A stretch of 64,000 nt of DNA from assembly GCA_048267405.1 (NCBI GenBank), contig JBLWXP010000001.1:20184-84183 (forward strand), written 5' to 3'. This stretch comes from Balneola sp. (GTDB taxonomy: Bacteria; Bacteroidota; Rhodothermia; Balneolales; Balneolaceae). Shown here in pieces: positions 58,143 through 64,000 of this stretch. Numbering within the stretch: the stretch's first letter is position 1; the number at the start of each line of letters is the position of its first letter. Under the pieces are notes generated by a model. It was not told the DNA's origin, did no database searches, and saw only the letters and a program-made list of their open reading frames with translations. The translations under genes and the position numbers were made by a program.

Positions 58143-61100
58143 TTGATAAAAAAGCTAATTTTGGTAGGTACATTACTGATGCTATCACCATTGATAGTTT
58201 TAGATAGTTATGCTTTTCAACCAAAAATATTAGCTCAACTAGATTCTTTAACTGCTAGAATCTGGACTTTAGATGATGGTTTGCCTGTTAATACCGTAAA
58301 CCAAATTGCTCAAGATGATGACGGATTTATTTGGCTAACAACCTATGATGGGCTGGTGCGTTTTGATGGACTCGAGTTTAAAGTATATAACTTTTCCAAT
58401 ACTCCTGAAATGCTCAATAATAGAACCACTCAGATACATATTCAGAGAGATGTAGGGCTTTGGGTGGCGCTCGAATACGGAGGGGTATTGCTCAAGAAAG
58501 GAGACAATTTTGAATATTTTGGGTTAGACCAAGGGTTCACAAATTCTGATATCACTAAGATTTTTGAGGATAAGTTTGGTAGAGTCTTTTTTGTAACGCT
58601 TGAAGGGCTGTATGTTTACGATGAAAGTAAATTCAGGAAGTTTTACAAAGGTGAATCCATTCTGAAGAATCAGATTTCCAGCACTTATGTAGACATCAAA
58701 GACGGTTCTGTTTGGTTATCAACTCATGATGGACTAGCTCATATAGTAGATGATGATATAACATTTCACAATATTAGTAACACAGCCACCAACAATTTAG
58801 TACGGGGTGTTGTTAGAGATGAAGATGGTATTCTAATTGCAGGGAGTAATGATGGTGTTTATGAATTAAAAGGTCAAAATTTAGTGCCTTCCACTAAATA
58901 TAAATTCTTTGATGGGCACGGAATTAAACATTTCTATTTTGATAAATACTCAAAATTGATAAATACATCTGAAGGCTTATTCCTTGAAGAAAATGGAGCA
59001 TATAAAAATTTAAATGGAGGTTATCCTGATAAAGATATATTCATTTATATGTTTTATAGAGATACCCAAGGCACATTATGGATGCCAAATAACAGAGGAG
59101 TTCTATTCACTCTGAAAGAAAATGTTTTTAGAAAATTTGACGAAGTAAGTCAGATTGATGGATTCACTTTTAGCGGTGTTTTTGAGGATAATGAGCAGAG
59201 TATTTGGGTGGGGACTTTACAGGAAGGTATAATTAGGTTAAGAAGCTCCAAAATTAGGACGTTAGGTGTTGCCGAAGGGCTTAGCGGTGGGAATATACTT
59301 GGTTTGCTAGAAGATACTAAAGGTAGATTCTGGATTGGTACAAGAGGGGATGGGCTCAATGTAGTTGATGGGGAAAAGATAATTAACTACAAAGAGGGAA
59401 AAGAGATAGAAACCAATATAGTTCAGACTATAGCAGAAGATAGTGCTGGAAATATCTGGATTGGTCATTATCAGAAAGGATTAGATCGGTTTACAGATGG
59501 AGAAATAACCCATTTTGATTTCTCAGAAGCATATGAGAAAAATGACATTCACGCCTTGTTTGTCAGTAAAGATGGAGCTCTTTGGGCAGGTACTTACTCA
59601 GGTCTCGTTAATTTTAATTCAAATCTTACCGAGCAAAAGTGGTTTGGTAGAAAAGATGGTTTGAGCGGTGAAAAGATTAGATATATAACTGAAGATAAAA
59701 ACGGTGGTATATGGGTAGGAAGTTTAGAAGGTGGTGTAAGCAGGCTCAAAGACGGAACATTTACTAACTACACCATGAATGCAGGCTTATCCTCAAATAA
59801 TGTCCGTTCTATATATATAGATAATGACGACGTAATCTGGGTAGGTACTGAAAACAATGGTTTAAATCGTATAGAAAAAGGAGCTATTTCGTATGTCTCT
59901 ACAGAACATGGCTTGCCCGATTATAACATTCACTGGATCTCAGAGGATAAAAATGGGTTTCTTTGGATTTCTACAAACAGAGGTGTAAGCAAAATCAATA
60001 AAGGGGAACTGAATCTATATTTAAATGGAAAACTGGACGAATTTCAGTTAACCCAGTTTGGTCGGGCAGATGGAATGAGAAGCCCTGAAGGTAACGGATC
60101 ATTTCAAGAAGCTGGTATCAAAACAAAATATGCGACTTTCTGGATATCAACACAAGATGGTGTGTCTATTATAAACAACAATACTTCAAAAGGAGAGATA
60201 TCTTTCCCTCCGGTAATTATTGAAGGTATTACTGCTCGCGATTCGTCTTATACTCCTAATGAAGACATCGTTGTGATAGACGAGGGTTCAGATGATTTTC
60301 AAATAAAATTTCATGCTATAACTTTTATAAATCCTGAAAAAACAAAGTTCCGATACAAACTCGATGGGTATCAAGATAACTGGGTTGTTACAAATGAAAG
60401 AGCAGCAAGCTTTACTCAAATACCTCCAGATACGTATAGGTTTTTAGTACAGGCCACCAATAATGATGGAGTTTGGAGCACAGATACGACATCTGTTAGT
60501 ATTATTATCCAGCCTAGGTTCTTCCAAAATATTTTCTTCTATATTGCAGTAGCTATTCTTCTAGCCATGATATACTACATCACGCTACGGTTTAGGTATA
60601 GAATGTTAATTTCGCGGCAGCAAAAAATGCAAGTAATTATAGATACCCAGACTCAACAAATCAGGGAAGAAAAAAACGCACTTATAGAACAGCATAAAAT
60701 TATAGAAAAACAAGCAAAGCACCTTGAAGAAGTCAATAAAACAAAAGACAAATTCTTCTCCATTATTGCTCACGATTTGAGAAACCCCTTTCAAGCAATG
60801 TTAGGATTTTCGGATTTGCTATACTCTAGAATAGAGAATATTGACAAAGAGGAGCTAAAAGAGGGCATTGCAATCATCAGAGATTCTTCGAAAACACTTC
60901 ATAGTTTAACCGAAAATTTGTTGCATTGGGCTACATTACAAACAGGACAAGTGACCCCAAAGCCAGCTGTTTTTCTTCTGCAAGAAATAATTTCAAAAAA
61001 TGCAGAGCTTTATTTTCAACTTTCGCGGCAAAAAGACATAAGTCTTGTTGTGGTTGCGGACGACACTATAAAAGTTGATGCCGATAAAGATATGATAGAT

Positions 61101-61421
61101 ACTGTAATACGTAATTTAATTTCTAATGCCATTAAATTTACAAAGTCAGGTGGGAAAGTATCTATAACAACCTTTAAAGAGGGCAATAATTGCAAAATTG
61201 AAATTGCTGATAATGGTATTGGTATGAGTAAGGATATCATTTCTGGGATTATGAACTTAGAATCTAAAGCAAAGCGTATCGGTACAAATAACGAGACAGG
61301 TACAGGCTTAGGTTTGGTTCTTTGTAACGAAATGGTTTCTATGAATGAAGGAAGTTTAAGCATAGACTCCAAAGAAGGAAAGGGAACTACATTTACGGTA
61401 ATCTTACCGCTCACCTCATAG
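58143..61421 (+). CDS. sensor histidine kinase with periplasmic two-component-regulator propeller repeats and Y_Y_Y domain; no receiver or HTH domain
   Basis: 1092 aa. It has reiterated propeller repeats (D..G.IW.GT..GL..), one TM helix (FFYIAVAILLAMIYYITL), a coiled coil, HisKA (FFSIIAHDLRNP) and HATPase_c (DNGIGM, GTGLGL). The start (TTG 58143 or ATG 58179) is uncertain. Confidence 0.85.
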   Translation: MIKKLILVGTLLMLSPLIVLDSYAFQPKILAQLDSLTARIWTLDDGLPVNTVNQIAQDDDGFIWLTTYDGLVRFDGLEFKVYNFSNTPEMLNNRTTQIHIQRDVGLWVALEYGGVLLKKGDNFEYFGLDQGFTNSDITKIFEDKFGRVFFVTLEGLYVYDESKFRKFYKGESILKNQISSTYVDIKDGSVWLSTHDGLAHIVDDDITFHNISNTATNNLVRGVVRDEDGILIAGSNDGVYELKGQNLVPSTKYKFFDGHGIKHFYFDKYSKLINTSEGLFLEENGAYKNLNGGYPDKDIFIYMFYRDTQGTLWMPNNRGVLFTLKENVFRKFDEVSQIDGFTFSGVFEDNEQSIWVGTLQEGIIRLRSSKIRTLGVAEGLSGGNILGLLEDTKGRFWIGTRGDGLNVVDGEKIINYKEGKEIETNIVQTIAEDSAGNIWIGHYQKGLDRFTDGEITHFDFSEAYEKNDIHALFVSKDGALWAGTYSGLVNFNSNLTEQKWFGRKDGLSGEKIRYITEDKNGGIWVGSLEGGVSRLKDGTFTNYTMNAGLSSNNVRSIYIDNDDVIWVGTENNGLNRIEKGAISYVSTEHGLPDYNIHWISEDKNGFLWISTNRGVSKINKGELNLYLNGKLDEFQLTQFGRADGMRSPEGNGSFQEAGIKTKYATFWISTQDGVSIINNNTSKGEISFPPVIIEGITARDSSYTPNEDIVVIDEGSDDFQIKFHAITFINPEKTKFRYKLDGYQDNWVVTNERAASFTQIPPDTYRFLVQATNNDGVWSTDTTSVSIIIQPRFFQNIFFYIAVAILLAMIYYITLRFRYRMLISRQQKMQVIIDTQTQQIREEKNALIEQHKIIEKQAKHLEEVNKTKDKFFSIIAHDLRNPFQAMLGFSDLLYSRIENIDKEELKEGIAIIRDSSKTLHSLTENLLHWATLQTGQVTPKPAVFLLQEIISKNAELYFQLSRQKDISLVVVADDTIKVDADKDMIDTVIRNLISNAIKFTKSGGKVSITTFKEGNNCKIEIADNGIGMSKDIISGIMNLESKAKRIGTNNETGTGLGLVLCNEMVSMNEGSLSIDSKEGKGTTFTVILPLTS

Positions 61422-61446
61422 AATTAAAATATTTATTTTTTAAGCG

Positions 61447-61477
61447 TTGATTAGACTTGCTAACTACCGTATATTTG
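61447..61477 (+). promoter_or_regulatory. candidate Bacteroidota-type promoter (-33 TTG / -7 TAnnTTTG) for tRNA-Ser
   Basis: TTG (61447-61449), then 20 nt, then TATATTTG (61470-61477). The motif ends 15 nt before the mature tRNA 5' end. Confidence 0.35.
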
Positions 61478-61491
61478 CATCCCTTGATTAC

Positions 61492-61583
61492 GGAGAGGTG
61501 GCTGAGTGGCTGAAAGCGCTCCCCTGCTAAGGGAGTTTATGTGGAAACACGTAACGAGGGTTCGAATCCCTCCCTCTCCGCCA
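61492..61583 (+). tRNA. tRNA-Ser (anticodon GCU), class II with long variable arm, CCA encoded
   Basis: Manual fold. Acceptor GGAGAGG/CCTCTCC; anticodon stem CTCCC/GGGAG with loop CTGCTAA; long variable arm; T-arm GAGGG-TTCGAAT-CCCTC; discriminator G followed by CCA. Confidence 0.9.
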
Positions 61584-61597
61584 AGCCAATGTAAAGT

Positions 61598-61629
61598 AAG
61601 CCTTGTACACTATGTGCAAGGCTTTTTTT
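61598..61629 (+). terminator. rho-independent terminator after tRNA-Ser
   Basis: AAGCCTTG...CAAGGCTT stem followed by a T-run (the stem's terminal TT plus TTTTT). Confidence 0.6.
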
Positions 61630-61640
61630 AATTCCCCACT

Positions 61641-62219
61641 ATGTTTAGCCTCATTCCAGTTTTCCTTATCCCTGTCTTTATTTTTCTATCCCGTATTATG
61701 GATGTTAGCCTTGGTACACTTAGAATTGTAATGGTTTCGCGTGGATTTAAGTTTAAAGCCGCTCTTCTTGGTTTTTTTGAAGTGCTAATTTGGGCCTTTG
61801 TAGTTACCGAGTTACTTAAAAATTTAGATAATTGGTTAAATTTTGTGGCTTATGCTGGTGGCTTTGCAACCGGTACATATGTTGGTATGTATATTGAAAG
61901 TAAGCTGAAAGTTGGGACCATCATTGTTCGAATTATTACTCAGAATAAAAAAGAAGAACTTAGTGAGTCTCTAAAAGAAGCTGGTTTCACTATTACCTGC
62001 GTAGAAGGGCACGGCGGTTTTGGTCCCGTAAGTATTATTTTTACAGTGCTAAAAAGAAAGCGTTGGAATGAAGTTATTTCTGTAATTGAAGCTCATGATC
62101 CTCAAGCATTTTACTCCTATGAAGATGTGAAATTTGCAACATCAGAAGGAGCATTGTCAAGTTTGGATGATAAAAGGTCGCCAACAAACCGATTATTAGG
62201 ATTGAGAAAAGGCATCTAG
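61641..62219 (+). CDS. UPF0316/DUF2179 family membrane protein
   Basis: 192 aa. The N-terminal membrane part contains SRIMDVSLGTLRIVMVSRG. The C-terminal DUF2179-like domain contains ITCVEGHGGFGP. Confidence 0.75.
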   Translation: MFSLIPVFLIPVFIFLSRIMDVSLGTLRIVMVSRGFKFKAALLGFFEVLIWAFVVTELLKNLDNWLNFVAYAGGFATGTYVGMYIESKLKVGTIIVRIITQNKKEELSESLKEAGFTITCVEGHGGFGPVSIIFTVLKRKRWNEVISVIEAHDPQAFYSYEDVKFATSEGALSSLDDKRSPTNRLLGLRKGI

Positions 62220-62311
62220 CCTACCTCTTAATTAATTTACCTATTCTGGGCGATTCAATATTTGGTAGAAGTTTGATAGCATAAATCTAAACCGCTTAAC
62301 TGTTAAGATTT

Positions 62312-64000
62312 ATGAAATTTCACATCAGCACATTTCTCCTAATACTTTTATTTACATCATCAGCCAGTGCACAGTGGCAAAAAATTGAACAAGATGCTTA
62401 CAACACGAATATAATAAATGAATACTCAAAATTCGCGCAAAAAGGGGACACTCTATTTTCGTTGAGCTCCGGGAATTTATACTATACCGTAAATAATGGT
62501 GCAACAGTAAATGTATATGAAGAAAAATTAGCGTTAGTTCGTTTAGCAGTAGTTGGCAATCAAGTTTATGTTGCAGCAGGCCAAGAACTATATAGGGTTG
62601 AAAATGGAACATTAACTCTAGTAACCACCCTTACTTCGAAAATAGACAATATAATAGACTTTAATGGTTCAGTAGTATTAACCACATATAGTGGCATACA
62701 TTTTGAGACGGAAAATGGCTATGAATTAAATAGCACCTACAAGGCTACTACTTTTTATGGCCATGGGCTTGTTGGAAATAAACTCATGTTTTTAGTTTAT
62801 TCTGGTGGTCAGTATAAGTACTTCAATGCAACCGGTGGTACCAATTTATCAGATATGGTACCATTTCCTTCTTCAGTTGGTACAATTACTCGATTTAAAA
62901 TATTTGACGGCAGAGTATATGTCAGTAATTCGTCGGGTAATGTCTACTCTAGTGCTGATGGTTTGAATTGGACATCAGAAACAACAGGAAACATAAACTC
63001 ATATTCAAGTATTTTTATAGATATTGGAGAAGCATTAATTTATGGAGTTCCCGCTAATGGCGATTATGTGTATAAATTGAAAGGAGATTCTTTGTTCAAT
63101 GAATTCACTGCGGATGAGGAGATAGGGACATTTAGTAACTTCTTATATAAAATAGATGACGAAATCTTCTTGCTTAATGATGCCAAAAACCTAGTGAGTT
63201 ATAACACGATCACTAATGAATGGGCTTTTATAAAAGCCGCACCTTATGATGGCGAATATTTTTATGTGGGAGATAGTATGATTTTGTCAAGTATGGGAGG
63301 AATTGATCTTTATAAGAGAGCAACTGAAGATACTTACTGGTCTAGAACGTTTAAATTTCATATCAGTGGTACTGCTTATACTATCAGAAATTTTGCAGAA
63401 CTACCAAGTGGACGTTTATTAGCACACGTTACAGGAGTAAATCATTTATACTACTCTGATGATAAAGGTAAAACTTGGGAACATGGCCCTACAAAAGACA
63501 GTTTCCAAGGGTCAAAGTTTATTGCAAGAGGTGATACCATTTTTGCTGGGAATAATAGTTATTTATACATGAGCACCGATAATGCAGAAACCTGGACAGA
63601 AAATCTAAAAGATCTAAATAAACTTGGTGCGTCTAATATTAAGTTTGTGGGAAATAATTCAATTCTAGTAGGCGCTACGGTGTATTCCCTTGCAGATTTC
63701 AGTATCGAGACAGCTTTGAAAACGAGCGAAGGCTCCATTCAAGATTACGATATTCTAAATAACTATGAGTACAAAGGAACGAATAGCGGGCTCTATGGCA
63801 GAGAGATCGGAAGCTCTAATTGGACTTTACTAACTACGCGCTTAGTTACTGAGCAAACCCCAATAAGTGTTATAGGCGTAATTGCTTATCAAGAAGTAAT
63901 TATTGCCGTTACTACGGTAGGTATTTACTACTCTAGTGATGATGGCGGGACTTTTACCCGAGTTGGCAGTGAAATCAGATCTACAAGGTCATTCTTCGTG
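62312..64000 (+). CDS. secreted BNR/Asp-box repeat beta-propeller protein (3' end outside the window)
   Basis: This ORF is not in the supplied track because it has no stop in the window. I translated all 563 codons by hand and found no stop. Signal peptide is MKFHISTFLLILLFTSSASAQ. Asp-box-like motifs: YSDDKGKTW, STDNAETW, SSDDGGTF, SSADGLNW. Confidence 0.7.
   Translation, partial: MKFHISTFLLILLFTSSASAQWQKIEQDAYNTNIINEYSKFAQKGDTLFSLSSGNLYYTVNNGATVNVYEEKLALVRLAVVGNQVYVAAGQELYRVENGTLTLVTTLTSKIDNIIDFNGSVVLTTYSGIHFETENGYELNSTYKATTFYGHGLVGNKLMFLVYSGGQYKYFNATGGTNLSDMVPFPSSVGTITRFKIFDGRVYVSNSSGNVYSSADGLNWTSETTGNINSYSSIFIDIGEALIYGVPANGDYVYKLKGDSLFNEFTADEEIGTFSNFLYKIDDEIFLLNDAKNLVSYNTITNEWAFIKAAPYDGEYFYVGDSMILSSMGGIDLYKRATEDTYWSRTFKFHISGTAYTIRNFAELPSGRLLAHVTGVNHLYYSDDKGKTWEHGPTKDSFQGSKFIARGDTIFAGNNSYLYMSTDNAETWTENLKDLNKLGASNIKFVGNNSILVGATVYSLADFSIETALKTSEGSIQDYDILNNYEYKGTNSGLYGREIGSSNWTLLTTRLVTEQTPISVIGVIAYQEVIIAVTTVGIYYSSDDGGTFTRVGSEIRSTRSFFV

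Noticed and set aside
61492-62311. tRNA-Ser as an integration hotspot for a genomic island.
   Set aside because: No integrase, no direct repeat of the tRNA 3' end and no phage or mobile genes follow it. The downstream genes are an ordinary DUF2179 membrane protein and a BNR-repeat protein.
1-64000. CRISPR arrays, rRNA genes, transposases/IS elements, prophage or recognisable defence systems (restriction-modification, toxin-antitoxin, retron, CBASS).
   Set aside because: I saw no repeat-spacer periodicity, no rRNA-like sequence and no ORFs with transposase, integrase, nuclease or methylase hallmarks. Absence is judged by eye only and should be confirmed with dedicated tools.

Overview
A 64-kb chromosomal window from an AT-rich bacterium. 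Sampled 60-nt lines give about 40% GC in core genes and 23-32% in one island. Type A and type B T9SS C-terminal sorting domains, mostly absent Shine-Dalgarno sequences and a TAnnTTTG-type promoter motif point to the FCB group (Bacteroidota/Balneolota-like); this is inference. No BLAST or HMM search was possible, so all calls rest on motif recognition in the supplied translations and on my reading of the DNA. Most of the window is housekeeping: hflX, aroA, hsp20, dnaK, tsaD, asd, glyQS, sodC, lysC, lysA, hisS, gatC, ptsH-ptsI, birA, tilS, hpt, tRNA-Ser(GCU), plus transporters and a propeller-type sensor kinase. Five accessory or unusual parts stand out. (1) Two large T9SS cargo proteins built from lamin-tail domains (LTD): a 1394-aa 4xLTD protein and a CotH-kinase-family protein. 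The first is preceded by a multi-hairpin leader ending in an intrinsic terminator. (2) A low-GC glycan island at 40.5-47.3 kb holds an AsnB-like enzyme lacking its Cys nucleophile, two Wzx-type flippases, a GT4, and an oppositely oriented gene whose product aligns with the catalytic core of HPr kinase/phosphorylase. (3) An EI/HPr pair has no EII permease in the window, and its HPr keeps both His15 and Ser46. (4) An APC-type permease is fused to an EIIA(Ntr)-like domain whose phospho-His position appears to be Phe, followed by a TrkA-C domain. (5) A sigma-54-type -24/-12 element lies in front of hsp20, and a 30-bp palindrome lies in the dnaK leader. I saw no CRISPR arrays, rRNA, transposases, integrases or recognisable defence genes. 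The candidate I rate highest for novelty is the HprK-like kinase in the glycan island, possibly linked to the permease-less PTS. That link is a hypothesis, not a demonstrated system.
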